64,000 bases of DNA from Candidatus Dadabacteria bacterium CSP1-2 (GTDB lineage: Bacteria > Desulfobacterota_D > UBA1144 > Nemesobacterales > CSP1-2): contig LDXN01000008.1 of assembly GCA_001443445.1 (NCBI GenBank), positions 3,707-67,706 of the forward strand. Reading direction: 5' to 3'. The notes under the pieces are model-generated. The model was not told the origin of the DNA. It saw only the letters and a program-made list of their open reading frames with translations, and did not search any database. The position numbers and the translations under genes were made by a program. The first letter of the stretch is position 1. Every line of letters begins with the position of its first letter. Shown in pieces: positions 1 to 9,937 of the stretch.

Positions 1-1
1 A

Positions 2-226
2 GGAGGAGCATCGTATATACAAACAATAAAAGAAACACTTCCTTTTATTGAAATTATGACGACTGGCGGAGTAACAGTGGAGAATTTTAACGAGTTCCTA
101 CAAGCAGGAGCTACAGCCGTCGGTCTTTCAAGCAGTTTGATAGGAAGCAATAGATTTAATGATCCTAAGACCATCACTCAAAGAGCAAAGATGGTAATTC
201 AAAAGTTAAGAGAATTGGAGGAATAA
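2..226 (+). CDS. eda: KDPG/KHG aldolase (Eda), C-terminal fragment; the gene starts upstream of the window
   Basis: In-frame translation ...LPFIEIMTTGGVTVENFNEFLQAGATAVGLSSSLIG...KLRELEE with stop TAA at 224-226. It matches the Eda C-terminal pattern. The GGAGG upstream of the glgA ATG lies at its 3-prime end. Confidence 0.5.
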   Translation, partial: GGASYIQTIKETLPFIEIMTTGGVTVENFNEFLQAGATAVGLSSSLIGSNRFNDPKTITQRAKMVIQKLRELEE

Positions 227-229
227 CTA

Positions 230-1708
230 ATGAAGGTGCTTTTTGTTTCACCTGAGATGGAGCCGCTTGCTAAAGTGGGAGGGCTTGCTGATGTTGTTGG
301 TGCCCTTCCAAAGGAGCTTGAAAACCTTGGATGTGACGTGAGAGTAATTATCCCGCTTTATGACCAAGTAAAAGAAAACCTAAAAAACCTTAAACTAAAA
401 GCAAAGAATCTGAGGAAAGAAATCACAGTTTGCCTAGATTGGCTTCCATTTAAAGGTAACGTGATGGAGGCTAATTTAAACGGACTTACCGTTTATTTAC
501 TCAGGAATGATAATTTTTTTAACCGTGAGTACATATACAGTACGCCTCAGGGTGATTATCAAGATAACGACATGAGGTTTGGATTTCTCTCTCTGGGCGC
601 ACTTGAGATAGCAAAAGCACTTGATTTTAAGCCAGATATTATCCACTGCCACGACTGGCAAACGGCGCTCGTCCCAATTTCCCTCAAATGGAGAAGGCAT
701 GTAAAAGAGGACCCATTTTTTTTAGACTCTAAAATCGTTTTTACGATTCATAATATCTCCTATCAGGGATTATTTCCAAGGGAGACATTAGAAAAGTTTG
801 GACTTCCCTGGTACGTATTTACACCCCAGGGCATTGAGTTTTATGGAAAGATAAGCCTTCTAAAAGGCGGCGTAGTCTATGGAGACGCTGTTACCACCGT
901 AAGTCCTAACTATGCCGAAGAGATAAAAACGCCTGAGTATGGAAATGGCTTGGACGGTATTCTCAGATGGATTTCACAGGAATCAAATAAGCTAGTAGGA
1001 ATTTTAAATGGGATTGACTATGATGCATGGGATCCCAAGACAGATAAGGCTCTTTACGTAAACTACGGAATAGGTGACATTAATGGTAAATTAAAAAATA
1101 AATCCGAGTTACAAAATGAGCTAGGGCTTTACGCTGACGAAGGAAAACCGCTTCTAGGAATGGTATCGAGGCTTACAGAGCAAAAGGGCATTGACCTTGT
1201 CGTTGAAGCGCTTCCACAGATTTTTGACCTTGGATTTCAGGTGGTAATTCTCGGAACAGGCGAGGAGAAATATGTGCGTATGCTCGAGAATGCTAAGTCA
1301 AGATATAAAGGAAATCTATCAGTGGTTATTGGTTTTCATGACGAAATCGCAAGAAGAATCTACGCTGGGTGTGATATGTTTCTTATGCCTTCACGGTTTG
1401 AGCCATGCGGTCTCGGACAGATGATCGCGATGAGGTATGGAAGCATTCCCGTTGTTAGAGGAACAGGCGGTCTATTGGATTCGGTTAGGGACTATTCGGT
1501 TGATAGAAAACATGGAAACGGATTTGTATTTCACCTCTTTTCGAAGGTGAGTTTCCTCGATGCTCTTACAAGAGCACTTTTGGTATACGAAAACCGTGAG
1601 GGGTGGATAGGGCTTATTATACGAGCGATGAAAGAGGATTTTTCCTGGAAAAGGTCAAGTGAAAAATATCTAGAGCTATACAAAAAGCTCGTGAATCGTG
1701 AATCGTGA
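230..1708 (+). CDS. glgA: glycogen synthase (ADP-glucose type)
   Basis: 492 aa. N-terminal KVGGLADVVGALP motif and GT-B C-terminal domain (GTGGLLDSV). RBS GGAGG 8 nt upstream. Confidence 0.9.
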   Translation: MKVLFVSPEMEPLAKVGGLADVVGALPKELENLGCDVRVIIPLYDQVKENLKNLKLKAKNLRKEITVCLDWLPFKGNVMEANLNGLTVYLLRNDNFFNREYIYSTPQGDYQDNDMRFGFLSLGALEIAKALDFKPDIIHCHDWQTALVPISLKWRRHVKEDPFFLDSKIVFTIHNISYQGLFPRETLEKFGLPWYVFTPQGIEFYGKISLLKGGVVYGDAVTTVSPNYAEEIKTPEYGNGLDGILRWISQESNKLVGILNGIDYDAWDPKTDKALYVNYGIGDINGKLKNKSELQNELGLYADEGKPLLGMVSRLTEQKGIDLVVEALPQIFDLGFQVVILGTGEEKYVRMLENAKSRYKGNLSVVIGFHDEIARRIYAGCDMFLMPSRFEPCGLGQMIAMRYGSIPVVRGTGGLLDSVRDYSVDRKHGNGFVFHLFSKVSFLDALTRALLVYENREGWIGLIIRAMKEDFSWKRSSEKYLELYKKLVNRES

Positions 1709-1733
1709 ATCGTGGTTCGTGTATCGTGTATCG
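1691..1733. repeat. tandem heptamer array CGTGWWT (about 6 units) spanning the glgA stop codon
   Basis: gtgaatc gtgaatc gtgaatc gtggttc gtgtatc gtgtatc read directly. The last 6 codons and the TGA of glgA lie inside the array. Confidence 0.8.
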
Positions 1734-2037
1734 CGGTCGGCTGCTCTTTTTGATAACTTAGTACTGTCAGTTAAATACCACAGGAAGGCATGGGCGTCAG
1801 CAACGAAATACATAAGGAGAAGTTAGATTTTTACTCCTTTAAACAAGGATTTCTTCGCTTGTTCAATGTCTTTTTCCGTAATCGTAATTCCCTTTAAAAT
1901 CCCCTTTAAGGAAATAGTGCGTTTAGGCAGACCGAAACTCCCTCCGTCTTTAACTTGAGAAGGTCTTTTTCGATTTTATCTAATTTCTTTGTATATTCTT
2001 TCATGAAAGAAACGGTCTTGGGGTTCATATACATTAC

Positions 2038-3357
2038 CTAATCACTGCCCTTTAGATTTTTCACAAAAGCCGCAAGATCCGTAGTATGATTTCTTAATTC
2101 ATCCTCATACCTTTTCATGTCTATATCCCGAATTTTTATAAGCTCTCTTACCGCTTTCATTTCCTTTCCTTTTGGTTTTATTAGGAATACTCCTACAACC
2201 CTCCCATCCCTAATGGCAAAGGAACCAAGCGAAGGTTCTCCTCCTTTACCTCTTATCCAATGTTCCTTTCCAAATTCTAGAGCGCCGATGAAAATAAGCG
2301 GCATGTCAAAAATCCCTGAGTCGTAACCGGTCACCTCAGCATAAGAAACCTTTGCACCAGCCATATTCCTTCCCGCTGTTTTTCCCTGAAGCTGGGCGTT
2401 TTCTATGTGTCCCACAACATGCTTCATTCCAAGAATCAAATCATCAAACTCAGCAACGTCTCCAGCAGCATGGATTCCTTTATCACTTGTCTCAAGAAAC
2501 TCATTGACCTGAATCCCGCGTCCTATCTTAACTTCCGTACCATTCAGCAATTCAACGTTCAAAGTTAATCCAACTCCAACCCCAACAAGGTCCGCTTCAA
2601 AAGTTTTTCCACTTTCCGCTTTGACCGCTTTTACCCATCCATTACTTCCCTCAAATTCAACTACCTTTTCTTCGGGATAAATCTCAACTCCACCCGCTAT
2701 AAGTTTATCCATAAGATAATTCCCTATGCCTTCAGGAAGCAGAGCCTGCCAGACGTATTTCTCAAGCATAATGAGCTTAACAGGAAGCCCTATTTGACGA
2801 AGTGCGACAGCAAGCTCAACTCCAATAAAGCTTCCTCCAATTACAAGAGCCTGCTTTGCTTTTTCTGCGGCTTTTTTGATTTCGTTTGAGTCACCAAGGG
2901 TTCTAAGATAATAAATACCACTTAAACCTCCACCAGAAACCTTAAGCCTACTCGGTCTTCCACCCGTTGAGATAAGAAGTTTTTCATAAGTAATCTCTGT
3001 CTCATCATCTAATACAACCTTTCCCTCTTTAGGTAAAGCAACTATTCCACGTTTGCCTTTAAGGAACATCGTCCCGTTTATTTCGAAGAAATTTTCATTT
3101 ACAAGATAAAGGTCTTCTTCTTTGAACTGGTCCTGAATGTATCCCTTTGTAAGAAGGGGGAGTGAATATGCTCGATAAGGTTGATCTCCTACGATTATGA
3201 TTCCCCCATGCTGATCCTCTTGCCTTATTCCCTTTATCGCCCATGCTCCTGTAGGCCCAGCACCCAAAATTAAGTACTTGGTTTTCATAATTTGATTATA
3301 AACTCTATCTTGAGCTAAACGAAAAAGATAGTTATAATTTCTCCTAAATGTATCCAA
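2038..3357 (-). CDS. FAD/NAD(P)-binding pyridine nucleotide-disulfide family oxidoreductase
   Basis: 439 aa. Two Rossmann GxGxxG motifs (LILGAGPTGAWA, ALVIGGSFIGVE). The likely true start is the internal MKTKYLILGAG. Confidence 0.75.
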   Translation of the reverse strand: MDTFRRNYNYLFRLAQDRVYNQIMKTKYLILGAGPTGAWAIKGIRQEDQHGGIIIVGDQPYRAYSLPLLTKGYIQDQFKEEDLYLVNENFFEINGTMFLKGKRGIVALPKEGKVVLDDETEITYEKLLISTGGRPSRLKVSGGGLSGIYYLRTLGDSNEIKKAAEKAKQALVIGGSFIGVELAVALRQIGLPVKLIMLEKYVWQALLPEGIGNYLMDKLIAGGVEIYPEEKVVEFEGSNGWVKAVKAESGKTFEADLVGVGVGLTLNVELLNGTEVKIGRGIQVNEFLETSDKGIHAAGDVAEFDDLILGMKHVVGHIENAQLQGKTAGRNMAGAKVSYAEVTGYDSGIFDMPLIFIGALEFGKEHWIRGKGGEPSLGSFAIRDGRVVGVFLIKPKGKEMKAVRELIKIRDIDMKRYEDELRNHTTDLAAFVKNLKGSD

Positions 3358-3629
3358 AAAAGGGTGGAGATTTAATAAAGGTTATTCATCGTGTAAACCA
3401 GAAGATAGTGGTTACAGAATGTGAATCGGTTAGGGGAAGCAACGTTGCTGGATATATTGATCTTCTTCGTGTAAAAAAAAGTGGCATCGAGGGCCTGTTC
3501 AAAAAAGACGAAAACTCAAGAAAGATAGAATCCCTGTGCCTCCCGACATTGAGTGTGATCGCTATCTGTTATCTTGAGAAGAAGGATAGAAAGAACGTTG
3601 TTACACTTAGAGGTGCTGAGGTTGAATAA
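3348..3629 (+). CDS. hypothetical small protein (weak call)
   Basis: 93-aa ORF with no recognisable motif, in the same frame as the open extension upstream of hflX. Confidence 0.2.
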   Translation: MYPKKGGDLIKVIHRVNQKIVVTECESVRGSNVAGYIDLLRVKKSGIEGLFKKDENSRKIESLCLPTLSVIAICYLEKKDRKNVVTLRGAEVE

Positions 3630-4130
3630 AAACATACTTACTATCCTTACGTGCATTGGTTCGACTATATAAAAATCGAGAACTAGTTTTTAACCCGTAA
3701 TAAGAAAGGTGAAAGAAACCTTATTACATAACATGCTGTTTCATTTAACAACAACGGAGATATAAATATAGAGAAAATATACGGAAGAATTTCTGGCCTT
3801 AAGCCAAGCGAGCTTCATAACCTCTCAAGACTGTATAAAAGAAGAGTTCCAAGCAGAGAAATAATAACCCTAGAGCTTGGAAGAACGCTATCTCAAATAT
3901 CCTACGATATTAAAAAAGAAATAACCCTTATAATCAATAGAAAAGGAAGAACAGAAATAGTATTCGTAGGGGACTCTTATGAATTACCCTTTAATGATCT
4001 TCTTGAGCGATCGAGAGAATCAAAATACAGGCTCAGGGGTTATAGACTTATTCATACCCACATCAAAAATCCCGATCTTTCTCACCCTGACCTCGTAACA
4101 CTTCTAAATGAGAGGCTTGATTTAATAGGC

Positions 4131-5453
4131 GTGCTTGAGCTAAAAGACGGCGGTATACCAGGCAGGTTTCAAATAGCCCATATCCTTCCATCAAATCCTC
4201 AGGGTGAGATGTGGAGAATAATTAACTACAATGATTTAGGTAGAGTAGATATAAATTTTGAAGAATTTATAAGAGACATAGAACACGAATTTGAAAGGTC
4301 TTACTTTGATTCTGGAGGTAGAGAGGAAAAAGAGGGTGTTTTTCTGGTTGGATTTTCAACAAAATCTAGGATCGAAGCTGAAGAATCGGTAGAGGAATTA
4401 AAAGAACTCGCACGTTCAGCAGGGAAAGTCGTTCTCGATAAAACCATTCAGATTAGAAAGCAGATTGATCCTAAATATCTCATAGGAAAAGGAAAGCTAG
4501 AGGAGATAATTCTTAAGGCCAAGCAAGTTGGAGCCGATACACTTATCTTTGATGTAGAACTCACACCAACTCAGGTTAGAGCAATTTCTGAGGAAACCAA
4601 CCTTTCTGTAATGGATAGGACTCAATTAATACTCGATATATTTGCAGAGCGTGCTAAAACAAGTGAGGGAAAGATTCAGGTTCAACTTGCACAGCTCCGC
4701 TATATGCTTCCAAGACTTACAGGACGAGGTGTTGAACTATCTAAGCTAGGGGGTGGCATTGGAACAAGGGGCCCCGGAGAGCAAAAGCTTGAAGAGCAAA
4801 GAAGAAGATTAAGGGAAAGAATAGGACATCTTGAAAAGCAAATCGAAGAGCTTAGTAGAAGGCGCGAGCACACAAGAAAACAGAGGAGAGAAACAGGAAT
4901 TCCAACAGTCACACTTATTGGTTACACCAACGTCGGAAAGTCAACCCTCTTTAATGCTTTAACAAGAAGCGGTGTAACCGTTGAGAATAAACTCTTTTCC
5001 ACACTAAATCCAACTACTAGAAAGCTTATGCTTCCAAGTGGAAGAGAGATACTACTAACGGACACTGTAGGATTTATAAGAAACTTGCCAAAAGAGCTTG
5101 TAAAGGCCTTCCGTGCAACACTTGAAGAATTAGGTGGATCATCTCTACTTATTCATGTTGCAGATGCATCCGACCCACTTGTGGAAGAAAAGATCTATTC
5201 AGTAGAGAAAATACTTGATGAATCAGGTTATAGTTCTATACCTAGGTTTATAGTTTTTAATAAGATGGATTCCAGCTCTAAAGAAGTTATTGATATGTTT
5301 CTGAAAGTATTTAACGCCCCTCTTATTTCCGCACTTAATAAAGATAACTTAACCGTTTTCTTACAAAGACTCGATGTTGAAATAGAAAAGCTTACTTTTT
5401 ATAAACAAAAAGAAGAAAGCTCTTCCAATTACCTGAGAGAAATCAAGGTGTGA
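4131..5453 (+). CDS. hflX: GTPase HflX
   Basis: HflX N-terminal domain (GVFLVGF...EESVEELKELARSAG) followed by a G domain (GYTNVGKSTLFNALT, DTVGF, NKMD). The start is uncertain: the frame is open back to 3732 with no ATG/GTG/TTG. An internal ATG near 4206 (MWRII) is also plausible. Confidence 0.85.
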   Translation: MLELKDGGIPGRFQIAHILPSNPQGEMWRIINYNDLGRVDINFEEFIRDIEHEFERSYFDSGGREEKEGVFLVGFSTKSRIEAEESVEELKELARSAGKVVLDKTIQIRKQIDPKYLIGKGKLEEIILKAKQVGADTLIFDVELTPTQVRAISEETNLSVMDRTQLILDIFAERAKTSEGKIQVQLAQLRYMLPRLTGRGVELSKLGGGIGTRGPGEQKLEEQRRRLRERIGHLEKQIEELSRRREHTRKQRRETGIPTVTLIGYTNVGKSTLFNALTRSGVTVENKLFSTLNPTTRKLMLPSGREILLTDTVGFIRNLPKELVKAFRATLEELGGSSLLIHVADASDPLVEEKIYSVEKILDESGYSSIPRFIVFNKMDSSSKEVIDMFLKVFNAPLISALNKDNLTVFLQRLDVEIEKLTFYKQKEESSSNYLREIKV

Positions 5454-5516
5454 GTATGGATTTTTTGATATTACTTAGGATTTTTGTTTAAGCAATTGAA
5501 AATTGTTAAGATAAAG

Positions 5517-6440
5517 TTAAATATCAACTTCTGCTACCCCACTTCTTAGGACCTTAACATCATCGTCACGCCGTGTAACCTCAAAGCCTAGTACTGTTTT
5601 CTCATCCTGTTTTCCCATTTCCCATCCATCAACAACAAGTATGTCTCCAGGGTAGACGGGGCTTGCGAACCTGCTGCCAAGTCTTCTTAACTTCGAAGGA
5701 TCACCGTCGAGATAACACTCTATAATTGCCCTCATTGTTAAGGACAACATGCAAAGACCATGCACAATTATTCCCTTAAGTCCTGAAGCCTTTGCAACAT
5801 TTTCATTTGTATGGATAGGATTTCTATCCCCTGAAGCCTGTGCATATTTATATGTTATATCCCTAGGAACCCTGATAATCTTTCTAAATAATAGCGAGCT
5901 TGAATTATCTACCTGAATCTGCTCCTTTTTACCTACAACATTTTGTTTCTGTCCACTTCCAATTCCTCGTATAAAAATCCCCCATTCTGATTCAACCACC
6001 CTCTCACCTTTCTGGTTGTTAGAAACAACATTTATAATAAGGAGCTCACCGCTTCCCTTATCCTCTATGTTTTTAACCTTAGCCCGACACGTAATTGTGT
6101 CTCCAGGTCTAATAGGTTTATAGAAGTGCATATCTTGTTCCCCATGAACAAGCATGAGGAGATTCCTGCCTAACTGCTCCGGACCACCATGTAGAGCTAC
6201 CTCCGTCCATAGTTTCTCTGCCAAGAATAATTCATGAACTACCGCAAAACTTGGAGGAGCCATACCAGAACCAGATATTCCGGACAAGGCACCGTTATAA
6301 TTGTAGTAGGTCATATTACGTGAGCCTATTGCCAAGGCATATTTATAGATTGCTTCCGGTGTAACCTCATACACAACAGAAGGTGATTCGTAACCTATAT
6401 AATCTCTATTAAGTCCCATAGCGTTTCTCCTCTCCTCCAT
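5517..6440 (-). CDS. MaoC-like double hotdog (R)-hydratase/dehydratase
   Basis: 307 aa with two hotdog halves. The second carries the MaoC motif (DRNPIHT...GIIVHG). Confidence 0.7.
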   Translation of the reverse strand: MEERRNAMGLNRDYIGYESPSVVYEVTPEAIYKYALAIGSRNMTYYNYNGALSGISGSGMAPPSFAVVHELFLAEKLWTEVALHGGPEQLGRNLLMLVHGEQDMHFYKPIRPGDTITCRAKVKNIEDKGSGELLIINVVSNNQKGERVVESEWGIFIRGIGSGQKQNVVGKKEQIQVDNSSSLLFRKIIRVPRDITYKYAQASGDRNPIHTNENVAKASGLKGIIVHGLCMLSLTMRAIIECYLDGDPSKLRRLGSRFASPVYPGDILVVDGWEMGKQDEKTVLGFEVTRRDDDVKVLRSGVAEVDI

Positions 6441-6947
6441 TAAAAGATTTTTTAATAAACTTTCACCTAAATCTCCTGCACAACGATTTTATCAAAATTT
6501 AGATCGACTTGACTTCGCAATCGCTTACAAAGAGATGTGGATCGTGTTAGCAACCGCTTGATTAAAAAATTAAGAGAGTGGCAATGCCCTTCTGAATTCA
6601 TCTTAAAAATCTCAAACTTCATAAGGAATCATCAATAATTGACTTGTTCATACTGGTTACGAATCTCATTTTTATCTTAATACAACTTTAACATAAATTT
6701 AATAATATCTTAATATAAATTGAAATGGTTGTCAAGGATTTTTTATTCGCATTTGCAAAATTTCATCATTCCTATAAGTCTCTTTGGAACACTCAATTAA
6801 GTTGTAAAAGCGAGCTCGTCAAAGCGATTTATAGTCACATTTGACGGCAGAAATGAAAAAAAGGATTCAAAAACCTCGAGCTATATTTACTAACCAAGAT
6901 GATCAGGGGCTGCCTATACTCTATAAATTGGATTTTTAGCATGTTTT

Positions 6948-6967
6948 AAGTATGTCAAAACATACTT
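6948..6967. promoter_or_regulatory. perfect 8-bp inverted repeat AAGTATGT-N4-ACATACTT upstream of dksA; candidate operator
   Basis: Read directly, about 40 nt upstream of the dksA start, in an AT-rich 550-bp spacer. Confidence 0.35.
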
Positions 6968-6992
6968 TTACCATTTACATAATACAACCAAC

Positions 6993-7373
6993 ATGATATA
7001 TATTTATATTATGAATCCTGAAAAACTAGAGTTCTTTAAAGGGATTCTACTTGAAAAAATGAATCTTCTTATCGATACCGCAGGAAAAACGATGAGCGAG
7101 ATGAGCCAGGAAGATGACTCCTTCCCTGACCCCCTAGATCGTGCAATGTCAGAGTCGAGTAGAACAATTGAGCTGAGGAAAAGAGACCGGGAAAGAAAGC
7201 TAATTCAAAAGATTCAAAAAGCAATTCAAAAAATGGAAGACGGCACCTATGGTATATGCGAAGAGTGTGGAGACGAGATCTCTGAAGAAAGGCTTAAAGT
7301 AAGACCAGAGGCGTCACTTTGTATTAAATGTAAAGAAGAGCAAGAAAAGATTGAGAAACAACTTGGGTTGTAG
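6993..7373 (+). CDS. dksA: RNA polymerase-binding transcription factor DksA
   Basis: Coiled-coil tip motif DPLDRA and C4 zinc finger CEECGDEI...CIKC. The true start is probably ATG 7011 (MNPEKLEFF). Confidence 0.85.
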   Translation: MIYIYIMNPEKLEFFKGILLEKMNLLIDTAGKTMSEMSQEDDSFPDPLDRAMSESSRTIELRKRDRERKLIQKIQKAIQKMEDGTYGICEECGDEISEERLKVRPEASLCIKCKEEQEKIEKQLGL

Positions 7374-7385
7374 ATTATTCAATAG

Positions 7386-7850
7386 TTAATTCATACCTCC
7401 AAACACAAAACCTCTAAGAAAATCAGCATCTGATTCTTTAACTATCTTCCATTCACCGTTTATCTTTTCAAACATTATGTTCTCGCTTAGCTGAAAACGG
7501 CTATTATCTTCTTCCAATCTTACATCAACCTTAGTTTTCTGACTCACATTAACCCTTTTATCGGTATTGTAGATATTTCTATCATAATGGGAGACCTTAA
7601 TTTGGTCAAAAAGAGTAACGTTTGAAAGGAAATTCTTTTTTATTTCCTCAATACCTATAACTTTGCCATCCTTTTCTTGTCTATAGTTTGGCGATATACA
7701 AGACATATAAAGGTTGACGTTTTTTGTCTCAAAGGCCTTTTGTCTTTTTGAGAGTAAATCCTCAATTTTATTCCTATCTGAATCAACACAATGGTTGATG
7801 AGAAATGGAATAAAAACTAAAAGGAGAAGGATTAATCGTTTTTCTCTCAT
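7386..7850 (-). CDS. hypothetical secreted protein or lipoprotein
   Basis: 154 aa with an N-terminal signal peptide (LILLLLVFIPFLINHC). Overlaps the bamD stop. Confidence 0.45.
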   Translation of the reverse strand: MREKRLILLLLVFIPFLINHCVDSDRNKIEDLLSKRQKAFETKNVNLYMSCISPNYRQEKDGKVIGIEEIKKNFLSNVTLFDQIKVSHYDRNIYNTDKRVNVSQKTKVDVRLEEDNSRFQLSENIMFEKINGEWKIVKESDADFLRGFVFGGMN

Positions 7851-8692
7851 CCTTCTTTAGCTTTTTCCTTTTCCTTCTTCTCGATCTTTGCAAGGAGGCT
7901 AGCTGCCTTATCGTGGTATTTTGCTGTTGGGAATTCCTCTATTAGACGAGTAAGGACCTCTTTTGCAAATTGTCTCTCACCCATATCATAGTATGACTTT
8001 CCAAGTACATAAAGCGCTTCCTCATATTTGCTTGTATCCTGGTACCGTTCTACAACCAGCTTATACCGTTCGGCAGCAGCTTTATAGTTCTTTCTTTTTG
8101 CATAAAAGTTTCCTAAATATATCTCACGTTTAGCAAGACTATTACGGCATTCGATTACCATCTTTTTAGCGTCACCAACAAGGGGAGAATCTGGATACTT
8201 ATCGACAAAGATATTAAACCACTTTAGAGCCTCTCTTGTGTCTGTAGGGTCTCTATCGTAGCTTTTCATCCGTTTAAAATGCGAAAGCGCTAAACGAAAG
8301 GTGGCATAAGGGGTTTCTTCATGGCCTGGATGACGCTTTATAAATTCCTCATATTCAACCGCTGCTTGTTCATACTCCCCTTTTTTGAAATAAGTATCGC
8401 CAGTTCGTAGCTCTGCAAGGGTAGCATAAGGACTATAAGTATATCTAATTTGGATTTCCTTAAATAGCTTAAGAACAAGGTCGTAATCCGTGCCTGTAAA
8501 GATCCACGGGAATCCTCGCTTTTGTTCAAGTTCATTCATAGCCCTATTATATAGAACTTCAGGCCCCGCGCTGCCATCGATCCGCTTGGAGCTACAAGCA
8601 AATAGTATAAAAATAGCAGGAATCAGTATTAAAGGGCTTATTTTCCTCATTAACTTTAACAAAATAGTATTCAGATAGGTGCGCCCTGTCAA
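7847..8692 (-). CDS. bamD: outer membrane assembly lipoprotein BamD-like (TPR)
   Basis: Signal peptide plus lipobox-like LFACSS. TPR repeats with the BamD-like pattern (YNRAMNELEQKRG...YFKKGEYEQAAVEYEEFIKRHP). Confidence 0.7.
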   Translation of the reverse strand: MTGRTYLNTILLKLMRKISPLILIPAIFILFACSSKRIDGSAGPEVLYNRAMNELEQKRGFPWIFTGTDYDLVLKLFKEIQIRYTYSPYATLAELRTGDTYFKKGEYEQAAVEYEEFIKRHPGHEETPYATFRLALSHFKRMKSYDRDPTDTREALKWFNIFVDKYPDSPLVGDAKKMVIECRNSLAKREIYLGNFYAKRKNYKAAAERYKLVVERYQDTSKYEEALYVLGKSYYDMGERQFAKEVLTRLIEEFPTAKYHDKAASLLAKIEKKEKEKAKEG

Positions 8693-8727
8693 GCATGAAC
8701 TTTTATAGATCTATCCTCATGATAGTT

Positions 8728-9249
8728 TTAAGTTTTAATGTCTTTATAAGTAATTTTTCGCCTTACTAAATCGGATGATAAAGAACTAACTCTATGAATA
8801 AAGAGAACTCCATTTAGATGATCAACCTCGTGCTGAATAGCAATCGCTTCAAGACCCTGAGAGAGTACTTCGACTTCGTTACCTTCTGGGTTGAGTCCTC
8901 TTACAATAACATTTCTTGCCCTTTTTACATTCCCAAGGAAATCGGGAATGCTTAAGCAACCTTCTTTGGTTATCTTCTCTCCCTCGGCATATATGAGAAC
9001 AGGATTTATCATGGCCAGAAGCCCATGATTTTTTTTAGGCCCGATTTTTCTAGATACATCAATAACAAAGATCCTTAGTGGATATCCAACTTGAGGCGCT
9101 GCTACACCAACACAGCTAGGCGATGCATACATCGTTTCGATCATGTCATTTACTATTCGCCTAATCCCATCGTCAACTTTCAATACTGATTCAGACATAG
9201 TTCTAAGTATTTGATGTGGATATTTAAGTACTGGAAGACTTGCCATCAA
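8728..9249 (-). CDS. def: peptide deformylase
   Basis: The three PDF motifs: GVGVAAPQVG, EGCLSIP and HEVDHLNG. Confidence 0.9.
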   Translation of the reverse strand: MMASLPVLKYPHQILRTMSESVLKVDDGIRRIVNDMIETMYASPSCVGVAAPQVGYPLRIFVIDVSRKIGPKKNHGLLAMINPVLIYAEGEKITKEGCLSIPDFLGNVKRARNVIVRGLNPEGNEVEVLSQGLEAIAIQHEVDHLNGVLFIHRVSSLSSDLVRRKITYKDIKT

Positions 9250-9289
9250 TCGAAATTATCCATTACATTGGGTTGAAAGGGATCGGCTT

Positions 9290-9838
9290 TTAAAGCTCAA
9301 GAACGTCTAATTCTTTAATACTTATATCGATTGACATTTCCTTCTCAATTATTGAGAATTCCTTTTCAAGAAGAGTGACATCTACATATTCAGGTATGTC
9401 TACCTCAAGGATCATTGTATAAACAGGCGCGCTCTCGCCAGGTATGACCTTTGTATTTAGGTCGGTAATATTTATCCCCTTTGAAGCAAGTAGTTCAGAG
9501 ACCTTATAAACAATCCCTGGTTTATCAGTTCCTATAACAGAGATTATATAGGGGATCCCAGAATAGAGCTTCTTTGATTGGATTTCGTTTTCATTAAGCT
9601 CTTTTATAGAGATAAAAAGCCCAAGTTTATTCGTAACTTCTTTAAAATGACTCTCAAAATCTGAAGCAACAACCTCTTCCTTGGTTGAAACAATAAGAAT
9701 CATGGCGAATTCACCACTTAGAATTGTCATACTCGAATCCTCAATATTTGCTCCTAGGTCGTAAAGGGCTTTTGATACACCTGCAACAATACCAGGGCGG
9801 TCTTTACCTATAGCTGTTATAACAAAAAATCGTCTCAT
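9290..9838 (-). CDS. tandem ACT-domain protein (GcvR-like)
   Basis: Two ACT domains (ITAIGKDRPGIVAGVS... and ISVIGTDKPGIVYKVS...). Confidence 0.65.
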   Translation of the reverse strand: MRRFFVITAIGKDRPGIVAGVSKALYDLGANIEDSSMTILSGEFAMILIVSTKEEVVASDFESHFKEVTNKLGLFISIKELNENEIQSKKLYSGIPYIISVIGTDKPGIVYKVSELLASKGINITDLNTKVIPGESAPVYTMILEVDIPEYVDVTLLEKEFSIIEKEMSIDISIKELDVLEL

Positions 9839-9937
9839 ATTTTGTTCACCTTAAGTTGAGTCATAAATCTACTCTCTTTAACAAGCTTAATATTTTCAAA
9901 AAAGAAGCCTAGAAATTTATTATGAGTATCACCCCGA

